Shown here: positions 15,825-23,791 of the stretch, piece by piece | Numbering within the stretch: position 1 is the first letter of the stretch | Layout: each line of letters starts with the position of its first letter | IMG/VR virus record: IMGVR_UViG_3300010396_000041 | Length of the DNA: 38,720 nucleotides | DNA from: a virus | Taxonomy: Duplodnaviria; Heunggongvirae; Uroviricota; Caudoviricetes | Strand: one strand, 5' to 3' | Made by a program: the position numbers and the translations under genes | The notes under the pieces: model-generated | What the model saw: only the letters and a program-made list of their open reading frames with translations | Told to the model about the DNA's origin: nothing | Database searches by the model: none

Positions 15825-15865
15825 CCAGAGCGAAGGACGCTCACCGAACAGGAGGCTCACGGATC

Positions 15866-16324
15866 ATGGCGAACATCAACTGCGGCCACTGCCACAACAC
15901 CCACGCCAGCGTCGCCGAGGTGCGCGCCTGCTCCACCCGCAAGACCGAGCGCCCCAGCACCACCCCCGCCCGGGGCGCCCGCCCGACCCGCAAGGCTCAG
16001 CCCAAGCTGGTCTACCCGAACAACCCGTTCTTCCAGGCCCACCTGGACGCTGAGCTGGTCTACAGCGTCGGGGGCGACTCGACGCTCAGCCGCCGCCAGG
16101 CCACGGCGATGGTGATCCGGGAGTTCCTGAGCAGCGGGTACCCGGACGAGGCGCAGAAGTGCGGGCACTGCGGCGAGCTGAGCGCCTGGTACCGGCCCAC
16201 GGTCGGCGCGGTGATGTGCATCGGCTGCGGGTCGGTGTACTGCTCGGGGCGGGCGCACTTCGACAAGGAGACCGGGAAGATCGTCGAGGACGTCCCGGCC
16301 CGCTGGAGCAACCCGAGCCGCTGA
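15866..16324 (+). CDS. Zinc-binding hypothetical protein
   Basis: AGGAGG RBS; N-terminal INCGHCHNTHASVAEVRAC and C-terminal CGHC...CIGC. Confidence 0.78.
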   Translation: MANINCGHCHNTHASVAEVRACSTRKTERPSTTPARGARPTRKAQPKLVYPNNPFFQAHLDAELVYSVGGDSTLSRRQATAMVIREFLSSGYPDEAQKCGHCGELSAWYRPTVGAVMCIGCGSVYCSGRAHFDKETGKIVEDVPARWSNPSR

Positions 16325-16333
16325 GCTCGGTAG

Positions 16334-16360
16334 GGCCCGGGGGGTGCTTCCCCCCGGGCC
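16334..16360 (+). terminator. 11-bp hairpin abutting promoter copy 7
   Basis: GGCCCGGGGGG-TGCTT-CCCCCCGGGCC. Confidence 0.55.
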
Positions 16361-16364
16361 TCCA

Positions 16365-16377
16365 TGCTACGCTACTC
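16365..16377 (+). promoter_or_regulatory. Conserved promoter-like motif, copy 7 (TGCTACGCTACTC)
   Basis: Exact copy, 56 nt before ATG 16421. Confidence 0.7.
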
Positions 16378-16420
16378 ATGTAGCCCCACAGGGGGGCACA
16401 CGGACAGGAGGCCCAAGACC

Positions 16421-17185
16421 ATGAGCACCGCGACGATCACCGAGACCGGAACCTTCGAAGGCCGCACCGCCGCCGAGTGGCGCGAAATGGCCGCCGACTC
16501 CGCCCGCCGCTCCTTCGAGTCCTTCGAGCGCTGCGACACCGACGGATTCCTCAGCCAGTGGGCGCTCGACTCCAGCGCCGAGGGCTATCGGATGCGCGCC
16601 CAGCTCGCCGAGACCGGCGGCACCACCCGCGCCCGCGCCCTGTTCGACCTCGACGGCAACCTGATCCCGAGCGTGCACGGCTGGGGCCAGTACGGCGAGT
16701 ACTTCGCGGTCCTCGACAACGAGGAGCGCGGCTGGTCCCGGTTCGTCAAGCCCTCCCAGGCCAGGAGCGAGGAGACCGAGCGCAAGAACAATGCCGCCAA
16801 GGGCTTCTACGTCGGGTACGTCACCACCGCCGCGAAGGTCGTGATGATCGGCTCCGGCACTGGCCTGTCCGGCTGCGCGAGCGCCCGCAACGCGATCGTG
16901 CCCCAGACCTACAGCACCGACAAGGACACCACGCTGATCACCGCCGAGCAGGTCGTCGAGATCATCGACAACGGCCATGAGGTCGAGGCGGCCCCCGCTG
17001 CTGCCGAGATCGTCGCCGCGCTGGCGAAGGCCGCGACCACCGCCCGCACCGAGACCGCGCAGGACACGCTGACCGAAGCCGCTGGCAAGGTCGCCGCTGG
17101 TCAGTACGACGAGGCCCGCGCGATCCTCGCCCCGCTGCGCACCCGCGCTTCGCGCGCCGCCATCGCGGCAATCAAGGCGCTGTAA
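16421..17185 (+). CDS. Actinophage hypothetical protein
   Basis: AGGAGG RBS; ESFERCDTDGFLSQWA...ALFDLDGNL...GQYG motif. Confidence 0.8.
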   Translation: MSTATITETGTFEGRTAAEWREMAADSARRSFESFERCDTDGFLSQWALDSSAEGYRMRAQLAETGGTTRARALFDLDGNLIPSVHGWGQYGEYFAVLDNEERGWSRFVKPSQARSEETERKNNAAKGFYVGYVTTAAKVVMIGSGTGLSGCASARNAIVPQTYSTDKDTTLITAEQVVEIIDNGHEVEAAPAAAEIVAALAKAATTARTETAQDTLTEAAGKVAAGQYDEARAILAPLRTRASRAAIAAIKAL

Positions 17186-17189
17186 GACG

Positions 17190-17245
17190 GAGCTCATGGT
17201 GGCCCCCCGCAAGGGGGGCAGCCAGGTTCGAACCCTGGCGGCTCA
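17190..17245 (+). ncRNA. Candidate tRNA-mimic element lacking D-stem and anticodon
   Basis: T-arm CCAGG-TTCGAAC-CCTGG, closing stem GAGCT/GGCTC, GCAA-capped 7-bp hairpin; intergenic. Confidence 0.6.
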
Positions 17246-17283
17246 CGACCCCGCACCGCGCGGGCGCAAGAAAGGAGAAGACC

Positions 17284-17571
17284 ATGATCACCGTTCAGTT
17301 CAGCCAGCAGCTCACAGCGCCCGTCGCCGCGACGGTGGGGGCGAGCCTCGCCCTCACCTACATCAGCGTCCGCGTCGCCGCTCACGCCGCCCTGCGGCGG
17401 ATCAGCAACGCCTACGCCCTACGCGCCAGGAGGAAGCGTATCGATGCCCGAGTGGCACAAGATCCGAACAGCTATTGCAGGCGGCGCAGCGAGCACCCGA
17501 GAAGTCGGGCAGCTGCTCGACGTCGTACCTGGAACGATCAGCGCAGCGCTACGGCGCATGCCCGATGGTGA
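17284..17571 (+). CDS. Small membrane-anchored protein overlapping the next gene
   Basis: Strong AAAGGAG RBS and hydrophobic N-terminus; the C-terminal 128 nt overlap the HTH gene. Confidence 0.45.
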   Translation: MITVQFSQQLTAPVAATVGASLALTYISVRVAAHAALRRISNAYALRARRKRIDARVAQDPNSYCRRRSEHPRSRAAARRRTWNDQRSATAHARW

Positions 17572-18394
17572 GGAGCAGCGAAAGCGCATGACCGACAACC
17601 GCGACAACCGCCAGCCCGCCAGCGCCTTCCCTGCTGGCGGGCCTGAGGTCGAGATGCCCCCTGAGGCCGTGCAGATCCTGCGTGACCTCTCCCCCCACTA
17701 CGACGAATACCCCGCACCCAAGGAGCTGGCGATCACCACCGCGCGCCTGCTCTACATGGGTGTTGCGCTCGCCCGTATCGCCGAGCTGGTTGGGCGCCCG
17801 TTCTACATCGTTCAAGGCTGGGCAGCCCAGGGCGGGTACTACACCAAGGCAACCCTCGCCCGCCACGCAGAGATCAGGGAAGCGATCGAGTGCGGCGCCG
17901 CGTCGCTCCAGGACGTCGCCGACCTGACGGGCATGGGCCGTGAAAGGGTACGGCAGCTGACCTACTCGATGCCCGACCAGGACGAGGTCTACCGGCGGTT
18001 GAACGTCAAGACCCGCCGCACCATCACCGAGCCGATCCCGGTCGCCTCCCGCCCCCAGCAGCAGGAGATCGAGGTCCCGGCCTCCTCGATCCGGCAGCCC
18101 GACCCGGCCAGACATCTGACCGGCAAGGAGATCACGCGACTGAAGTACCTGATCGACCGGTCCCGTAGCGTACAGCGCAACGCCACCCCGCAGGCCCGCC
18201 GCGTCATGACGCTGCGCGACCAGCTCTGCCAGAAGCTGCACCACGAGGAAGGGATCTCGATCGCCGAGCTGGCCGAAGCCACCGGCGAGCACCCCGACTC
18301 GGTGCGCGACTGGACCTCTTTCGCGAAGTCCTACCGCCGCCAGCTCATCACCGCCTCCATCGCCCGTAAGAAGCGTGCGAGGAAGCGCTCCTAG
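17444..18394 (+). CDS. Multi-HTH DNA-binding protein
   Basis: AGGAGG RBS. Four HTH-like segments: STREVGQLLDVVPGTISAALRR, ALARIAELVGRPFYIVQGW, SLQDVADLTGMGRERVRQL, SIAELAEATGEHPDSVRDW. Confidence 0.78.
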   Translation: MPEWHKIRTAIAGGAASTREVGQLLDVVPGTISAALRRMPDGEEQRKRMTDNRDNRQPASAFPAGGPEVEMPPEAVQILRDLSPHYDEYPAPKELAITTARLLYMGVALARIAELVGRPFYIVQGWAAQGGYYTKATLARHAEIREAIECGAASLQDVADLTGMGRERVRQLTYSMPDQDEVYRRLNVKTRRTITEPIPVASRPQQQEIEVPASSIRQPDPARHLTGKEITRLKYLIDRSRSVQRNATPQARRVMTLRDQLCQKLHHEEGISIAELAEATGEHPDSVRDWTSFAKSYRRQLITASIARKKRARKRS

Positions 18395-18477
18395 CGCCCC
18401 AGAGCCCCCGGGTGGGGCCTTGGGCGCGGGAAGGGCTGGGAGCCCGGGAAAACCGCCTCTCCGCCCCGGGAAACGCG

Positions 18478-18514
18478 AAAAGACCCCCGCCGCCCTCTCG
18501 GGCAGCGGGGGTCT
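18478..18514 (-). terminator. Terminator of the late operon at the convergence point
   Basis: 15-bp stem whose single + strand mismatch becomes a U-G pair on the - strand, followed by Ts; 20 nt past the lysin stop. Confidence 0.75.
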
Positions 18515-18533
18515 CCCCTACTCGCAGATCATT

Positions 18534-19529
18534 CTAGAGGTGCAGCGCCGCCGACGTGTGCGCACCGACGATCCCATCGACCAGCAGATGATGCCTCGTC
18601 TGGAAGTCGGTCACCGCCGTCCGCGTCAAGATCCCCGCGACCCCGTCCACCTCCAGGTGGGCGCCAGCAGCGTTCAACGCGTTCTGTACCGCCTTCGTCC
18701 GCGCCTCCAGCGCACCCCACGTCTCGGGACCCACCTGCCCATCAACCGCCAGGTGCTCAGCACGCTGGAACGCCTCCACCGCCGCCAGCGTGTGAGCGCC
18801 GAACGAGGCATCCACGCCATGCGGGTTCTCGCCTGCCAGCATCAGCGACCGCTGAAGGACCTGAACCCACGACCCGGTCGCGCCCTCCGATAGGGCAGGA
18901 CGGGCAGGAGAGGGGGCAGGAACGGGCTTTCCCGGCGGGGTGGGGGAATCGCCCGGGGCCCACTGCCCATAGCTGTCAGCCAGCGCCTCGTCCAGATCGA
19001 CGTTCGTGCCGCCGATCTGCTGATCATTGTGAGTCTGACGCAGCACCGCCCGCTCGTCCCACTCGCCGTTCGACCACGCGTAGGTCTGCCATCCCCACAC
19101 GAACCCGGCGTTCAGCGCCGTATGCACCGCCTCATACCCGCCATAGATCCCAACCAGGTTCTTCGAACCCTCAGCGTCAGCGCACCCATGCAGGTAGTCG
19201 AGCACCGATGCCGCCTGAGCCGCCGACTCGTTGAAGTCAACCGCATAGTAGATCGGCAGGCCCTTCGGGAACCCCAACGCGTCCGCCTCCTTCCGCGCCG
19301 CCGCCGCGTCGCTCATGCCCTGGTTGTAACCCGCCAGCGCGTCCGTGCCCGTGGTCTCCCACACCAACACGATCGAGATGCCCGCGCCGTGCAGCATCGC
19401 TGCTTCCGACAGAGACAGGTTCTTCGACGCGTCCGTTGATAGATACCGCACCGCGAACTTGATCCCAGCGGCCTGCATCGCGCTGATCGGAGGCACCGCC
19501 CAGGCGTAATCGCACCCAGCTATGGTCAT
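18534..19529 (-). CDS. Endolysin: DUF1906 (GH25-like) catalytic domain plus two peptidoglycan-binding domains
   Basis: GIKFAVRYLS...KNLSLSEA...IVLVWE...PIYYAVD...WQTYAWS, a Pro-rich linker, then GATGSWVQVLQ...DGQVGPETW and DGIVGAHT PG_binding_1 motifs. Confidence 0.9.
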   Translation of the reverse strand: MTIAGCDYAWAVPPISAMQAAGIKFAVRYLSTDASKNLSLSEAAMLHGAGISIVLVWETTGTDALAGYNQGMSDAAAARKEADALGFPKGLPIYYAVDFNESAAQAASVLDYLHGCADAEGSKNLVGIYGGYEAVHTALNAGFVWGWQTYAWSNGEWDERAVLRQTHNDQQIGGTNVDLDEALADSYGQWAPGDSPTPPGKPVPAPSPARPALSEGATGSWVQVLQRSLMLAGENPHGVDASFGAHTLAAVEAFQRAEHLAVDGQVGPETWGALEARTKAVQNALNAAGAHLEVDGVAGILTRTAVTDFQTRHHLLVDGIVGAHTSAALHL

Positions 19530-19879
19530 TGGCTTACTTCCTTATCGAGTAGGGGGGCAGCCTCACGAGAGCCATGACGTGGCGTCGATTCTGTCTGCAC
19601 CCGCCACACCACCCACAACCGCCACAGCGCCGTCAGCCCGACAGCGATGAACGCGACTCCGTCATACCAGCCGAAGAAATTCCCACGCGGACTAAACCCG
19701 AACATCAGATGCAGCGAGGACGGCAGCAGCGTCACAAACAGCGCAGCGTCCAACGCGACTAGCGCTCGCCCCACCCGGTAACGCCACCACGGCGAAAACG
19801 CGGTATAGCCGACGATGAACACCAGCGCCGACCAGAACGAGAACAATAGAGCGAACTCATCGAATCGGACCACTGCCAT
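19526..19879 (-). CDS. Putative holin
   Basis: Three hydrophobic helices, PWWRYRVGRAL motif, immediately upstream of the lysin. Confidence 0.65.
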   Translation of the reverse strand: MAVVRFDEFALLFSFWSALVFIVGYTAFSPWWRYRVGRALVALDAALFVTLLPSSLHLMFGFSPRGNFFGWYDGVAFIAVGLTALWRLWVVWRVQTESTPRHGSREAAPLLDKEVSQ

Positions 19880-20087
19880 CCCGACCGTCCTCTCCGTATG
19901 CAGTCTTCAAAAGCGTCTCCACGCGCTCAGACATGTGGTTAGCCACCCGCACCCGGCGTAGCCAGGAGCCGAGGGCTTCAGCCTCGTCCGAACGATCCCG
20001 AGTCTCCTCCAGTGCTTGCTTCGATTCCTCAAGGGCCCGGAGCGCTTCCGGGCAGGGGTGCTTGCGTCGGCGCCACCACATTCGCAT
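19857..20087 (-). CDS. Small lysis-cassette coiled-coil protein
   Basis: GGAG RBS before ATG 20087; WLRRVRVANHMSERV motif. The ORF-track extension to 20219 overlaps the next gene. Confidence 0.6.
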   Translation of the reverse strand: MRMWWRRRKHPCPEALRALEESKQALEETRDRSDEAEALGSWLRRVRVANHMSERVETLLKTAYGEDGRDGSGPIR

Positions 20088-20352
20088 TATCACCTGCTCC
20101 AGGGGGGACGGCAGGCAGTGCTCGCAATACCATGGCAGAGGCTCTGGCGGCCTCAAGCAGCTGCCCGGTGTGCTCGGCTTCGAGACGACGAGTCTTCTCT
20201 GAAGTGTTGTAAGCCTCACGCCACAGGTCGCGATCCCTTTCCATATCCTTCAGGACCTTCCGGGGCACCAGCCTTCCCGTAAGAATCAGGATCACTGTCA
20301 GAGCCAGGAGGCTCGGCCCCCCGTAGGTGCCCAGCAGTACCGTGATGGTCAT
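20029..20352 (-). CDS. Lysis-cassette membrane protein
   Basis: One TM helix, then TGRLVPR...RDLWREAY...LLEAA...ALP, a pattern seen near actinophage lysins. Confidence 0.7.
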   Translation of the reverse strand: MTITVLLGTYGGPSLLALTVILILTGRLVPRKVLKDMERDRDLWREAYNTSEKTRRLEAEHTGQLLEAARASAMVLRALPAVPPGAGDNANVVAPTQAPLPGSAPGP

Positions 20353-20563
20353 CCGCAGTACCCCTCAGCTCGTCTATCATGCGCCGCACCTCCGCTACGA
20401 CGTTCTGGTGGTGCCCGGCCAGCGAGTCCGCGTGCTGCTCGCGCGCGCGGCGAAGGTGAACCCTGGCGCGCCACCACACCAGGGCCGCGCAGATACCCGA
20501 CGCCAGAAGGTTCGAGTACACCGCGCCTTGATACCAGCCGAAGTAGAACGACCAGAGACTCAC
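20216..20563 (-). CDS. Membrane protein
   Basis: GTGA coupling to the upstream gene; hydrophobic aromatic N-terminus; 137-nt 3' overlap with the next gene. Confidence 0.55.
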   Translation of the reverse strand: MSLWSFYFGWYQGAVYSNLLASGICAALVWWRARVHLRRAREQHADSLAGHHQNVVAEVRRMIDELRGTADDHHGTAGHLRGAEPPGSDSDPDSYGKAGAPEGPEGYGKGSRPVA

Positions 20564-21006
20564 GTAATCAGCCGCTTCACGAAATGCTGACCCTCGAAGT
20601 CACTGGCAGAAGCGACGTGAGCGCCGCCATGCCCCCTATGGTGAAACTGACACAGCCACTCAAGATTGGCGGCGGACTCAACCCAGGCGCCAACCTCGTC
20701 CGGGTTACTGATCCCCGGATACTGATGCTCCAACAGTGCTAGATCGACCTCGTTCTGAAGAGCCCACTCGATATGCGTGTGGTGCAGCTCCAGCGGACGG
20801 TCAAGGGTGCAGTCCGAAAAGTCGCCGCGCCGCACACCGACCGCACACCGGTAGATCTCCGGGTCATGCTTGGTCGCCTCGTGGAAGTGATGGAAGTCCT
20901 TGTAATGCGGATCGCCCTCCCGGCTGCCGTGGGCAGGGAAGTGCACCTCATAGTGGCTGGAGTGTGCCTGCTCATGGGCAGCCACCTGCTTATCTTCGTC
21001 GCTCAT
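20560..21006 (-). CDS. HNH-like His/Cys protein
   Basis: C-x11-C...PLELHH...SAANLEWLCQFHHRGHGGAH; AAGGAG RBS. Confidence 0.7.
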   Translation of the reverse strand: MSDEDKQVAAHEQAHSSHYEVHFPAHGSREGDPHYKDFHHFHEATKHDPEIYRCAVGVRRGDFSDCTLDRPLELHHTHIEWALQNEVDLALLEHQYPGISNPDEVGAWVESAANLEWLCQFHHRGHGGAHVASASDFEGQHFVKRLIT

Positions 21007-21015
21007 GGACTCTCC

Positions 21016-21513
21016 TTAGACGGTTCCGAGGAACATCACATACAACTCGCGAGACGCACCCGTGAGCGAACCAGGCACTGGGGTGAACACGTTGCTGCCA
21101 ACCAGGCGAAGCGAGGACACACCGAAGGTGTGCACTCCGCTGGTAGAGGCGATGAACGACCCAGCCAGCGGGATAATGCCGCGTCCGCCAGATCCGCCAG
21201 CCGGGCAGTACCACTCCGACTGGGCGATCAGCGTTGAGGACGTTGTTGGGTTCGAGCTCGACCCGGAGTCACGGATCTGCATTGAATACAGCTCACCGGC
21301 AGTGCCGTTGCCGTGATTGCCGTTCGATACGGCGAGATAGCGTCGACCGGCAATCAGCGTGCACTGATAGTAACCAAGGACCGTATCAAACGTTTCAGTG
21401 CCACCCGAAGGGGTGGGCGTTCCATTGGAGGTGGTGCTATTCGGGGTGGCGGTGACCGGCGGCAGCAGCTGCGCTGTCTGCGCCATCAGCAGAAGTTCAA
21501 ACGGGGAAGCCAT
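21016..21513 (-). CDS. Minor tail protein
   Basis: Beta-rich Ser/Thr/Gly protein at the end of the tail module. Confidence 0.6.
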   Translation of the reverse strand: MASPFELLLMAQTAQLLPPVTATPNSTTSNGTPTPSGGTETFDTVLGYYQCTLIAGRRYLAVSNGNHGNGTAGELYSMQIRDSGSSSNPTTSSTLIAQSEWYCPAGGSGGRGIIPLAGSFIASTSGVHTFGVSSLRLVGSNVFTPVPGSLTGASRELYVMFLGTV

Positions 21514-21522
21514 GACCGTCTC

Positions 21523-23781
21523 CTACGCCAGCTCGTTGACGCCGATGGGTGGGAAGGTGCCCGACGGGTACGTGCCCGGGTAGGTGATCTCAACCACGGA
21601 CGACGCCTGCGGGGTGATGTTGTCGGTTGAATACACCTGGTCGACGTAGAACACGTTCGACACCGGAGGGGTGCCGCTGAGCGTCGGGTCGATCGTGTAG
21701 AAGTAGCAGCCTGTTGGCACCGTGAACGTGTTCTTCAAGTTCGTCCACGCGTTTGCCGAGACCGACACGCCGTTCGAGGACGTCGATACGTACGACTGGT
21801 TGATGTCATACCAGTTGATTGACATCGACGCGTTCGACGTCACTGCCGAGGTGAACCGCATCCAGCCGTTCACCGTGATCGCCTGCCCCGGGTAGCAGGA
21901 GATGAACTCCGATTCGAGGTGCACGTTCGCCGTCACCCCATCCGGGGTGATCTGGCAGGAAGCACCGTCAATGAAGTACGTCGTGTTCGACACCACAGCC
22001 GTGCCGCCGGTCACCACCCACGGTGAGATCCCGAAGACGAACCCGGAGTTCTGGTTGCGCTGGAGCTGGGTGCGCGTCGCCTCAGCCACGCCCATCAGCC
22101 GCTGGTCGGGCGTGGTGGCGTACGCCAGGGTTGTGATGCGCGCACCGGAGTCTTCCCAGGTGTGCCAGATGCTGCCGGTGATCGCCTGGTCGAAGATCTG
22201 CAACGGCACCTCTGCCGTTCCGGTTGAGGTCCAGGTGTAGGCGCTGCGCGGCGAGACCAGGCCGAGCGGGTTACCGGGGAAGGTCGAATGGTCGTTGTTC
22301 AGCCGCAGATAGTCCGACGCGGTGCCGCCGATCTGCTGCATCAGAATGTGGTACTTGCTTCCATTGGTCAGGCCGGTCGCGGGCAGCGGCACCGAGATCG
22401 TGGGAGACAGGTACATGTTCATGTACGTGTACGAGGTGTAGTAGATCCCGTAGTAGATCCACTCTCCGTCCGAGATCTGATTCACCGCGTAGTACAGACC
22501 TCCGGAACCGAAGTTCGTACCGTACCACTGGTTGTCAGGTCCCGATGGCGAGGCGGCGAGCAGCAGCAGCGAACCGCCACCGTTGCCCAGCACCCCCCAG
22601 TTGCCCAGTGAAGGCACCGCGTTACCGTTGAACAAGGCCGTGGCGGCTGGAATGTTCGAAGGCCCGGTAATCCACTCGCCCAGAGAACCATTCGGATAGA
22701 TCTGCGCGTAGTAGCTGGTGTTCAGGCTTGCCGAGATGAACCCGCCGAACGCGTACAGGAACCCATTGACAGCAACACAGTACGTGAAGCCCTGCGCGAC
22801 CGGCAGGGAGGTCGTCTGCACCCACGAGCCGAGCTGACCATTCGAGACGGTGTTGTAGTAGACGTTCGCCGTGCCCGGGTTCGACCCGCCAATCATGTAC
22901 ACGTACTGCCCGTAAGCGCAGGCGCCGAAGAACTGGTTCGGCGCGGGCAGCGCCGTCTGCGTCGTCCACGCCGAGACGGTGCCAGAGGAGTTGATCGACG
23001 CGGTGAACACGTTCGAGGTGATGGTGGCGCCCGTCGTCGCGCCACCCATGAACACGATCGTGTTGTTGCCCTGGAGGTCGGTAGCTACCACCGCAGTAGC
23101 AGAGCCGTCCGTCGGGATCGGCAACGGCGGCTGAGGAACCGCCTGGTTGAGGTGACCGGCTTCGTCGAACTCGATGGTAAAGACGTTGTCGAAGTAGGTC
23201 GAGCCCTGCAACCCGCCCATCTGGATAAAGAAGTTATCGAAGCAGGTCGAGCACGGTCCGGTGGAAGTGCCGCCCGCACCAGAGGTTGGGTAAGGCCAGT
23301 TCAGCGTCCTAAACGGGCCCATGTGAAACCGGTTGAACTGCGAGATCGCCAACGGGTTGCCGGTGTACTCAATCGGAGGGCTCTGCGTGGAAGGCACCGA
23401 CACGCCCTGTACGGCAGCGAACTGCTGGAGCCAACCCACCGGCACCCGAGTCTGCACGATCATCGTGCCCGGGTGCCCCGAGCCGTCGTCAGCGCACAAG
23501 CTCACCAGAAGGTCAGCGCCGTTGCCGACCACCAGCACGGGGATCGCCACCCGCCCGATGTTCGTGCCTGACATCGTGAACGGCTGGTCGAAGTCCTGCG
23601 TGGACAGCTGACTGCCCCACGCGACGCCTCCGGTGCCGTTCGGCAGCAGGATCGAGTTGCCCTGGTAGAGGTACTGGCTGGCGTGGGCGCCGAGCAGCTG
23701 GTTGATCTGAGCACTGGGCGCGATAGCACCTGCGTTGCCCAGTAGGCCCGCCTGTCCTGCCGACCATACAGGAGTAGCCAT
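21523..23781 (-). CDS. Receptor-binding tail protein with Kelch beta-propeller and CBM-like domain
   Basis: Repeated hydrophobic-GG...W Kelch motifs (IQMGG, VFMGG, YMIGG, YAFGG); C-terminal jelly-roll-like segment (PGQAITVNGW...INWYD...WTNL...FYVDQV). Confidence 0.75.
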   Translation of the reverse strand: MATPVWSAGQAGLLGNAGAIAPSAQINQLLGAHASQYLYQGNSILLPNGTGGVAWGSQLSTQDFDQPFTMSGTNIGRVAIPVLVVGNGADLLVSLCADDGSGHPGTMIVQTRVPVGWLQQFAAVQGVSVPSTQSPPIEYTGNPLAISQFNRFHMGPFRTLNWPYPTSGAGGTSTGPCSTCFDNFFIQMGGLQGSTYFDNVFTIEFDEAGHLNQAVPQPPLPIPTDGSATAVVATDLQGNNTIVFMGGATTGATITSNVFTASINSSGTVSAWTTQTALPAPNQFFGACAYGQYVYMIGGSNPGTANVYYNTVSNGQLGSWVQTTSLPVAQGFTYCVAVNGFLYAFGGFISASLNTSYYAQIYPNGSLGEWITGPSNIPAATALFNGNAVPSLGNWGVLGNGGGSLLLLAASPSGPDNQWYGTNFGSGGLYYAVNQISDGEWIYYGIYYTSYTYMNMYLSPTISVPLPATGLTNGSKYHILMQQIGGTASDYLRLNNDHSTFPGNPLGLVSPRSAYTWTSTGTAEVPLQIFDQAITGSIWHTWEDSGARITTLAYATTPDQRLMGVAEATRTQLQRNQNSGFVFGISPWVVTGGTAVVSNTTYFIDGASCQITPDGVTANVHLESEFISCYPGQAITVNGWMRFTSAVTSNASMSINWYDINQSYVSTSSNGVSVSANAWTNLKNTFTVPTGCYFYTIDPTLSGTPPVSNVFYVDQVYSTDNITPQASSVVEITYPGTYPSGTFPPIGVNELA

Positions 23782-23791
23782 GACCCGCCTT

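Noticed and set aside
14762-15844. 360-aa - strand ORF opposite the secreted protein gene
   Set aside because: Antisense shadow.
604-16377. Repeated 13-mer as a CRISPR array or att site
   Set aside because: Copies are short, dispersed kilobases apart and tied to gene starts; no cas or integrase gene in the window.
18375-18893. + strand ORF continuing past the multi-HTH gene
   Set aside because: Crosses the terminator and lies antisense to the lysin; no RBS.
22870-22890. GGTTCGA T-loop-like sequences here and in other coding regions
   Set aside because: No cloverleaf or closing acceptor stem; inside well-supported CDSs.
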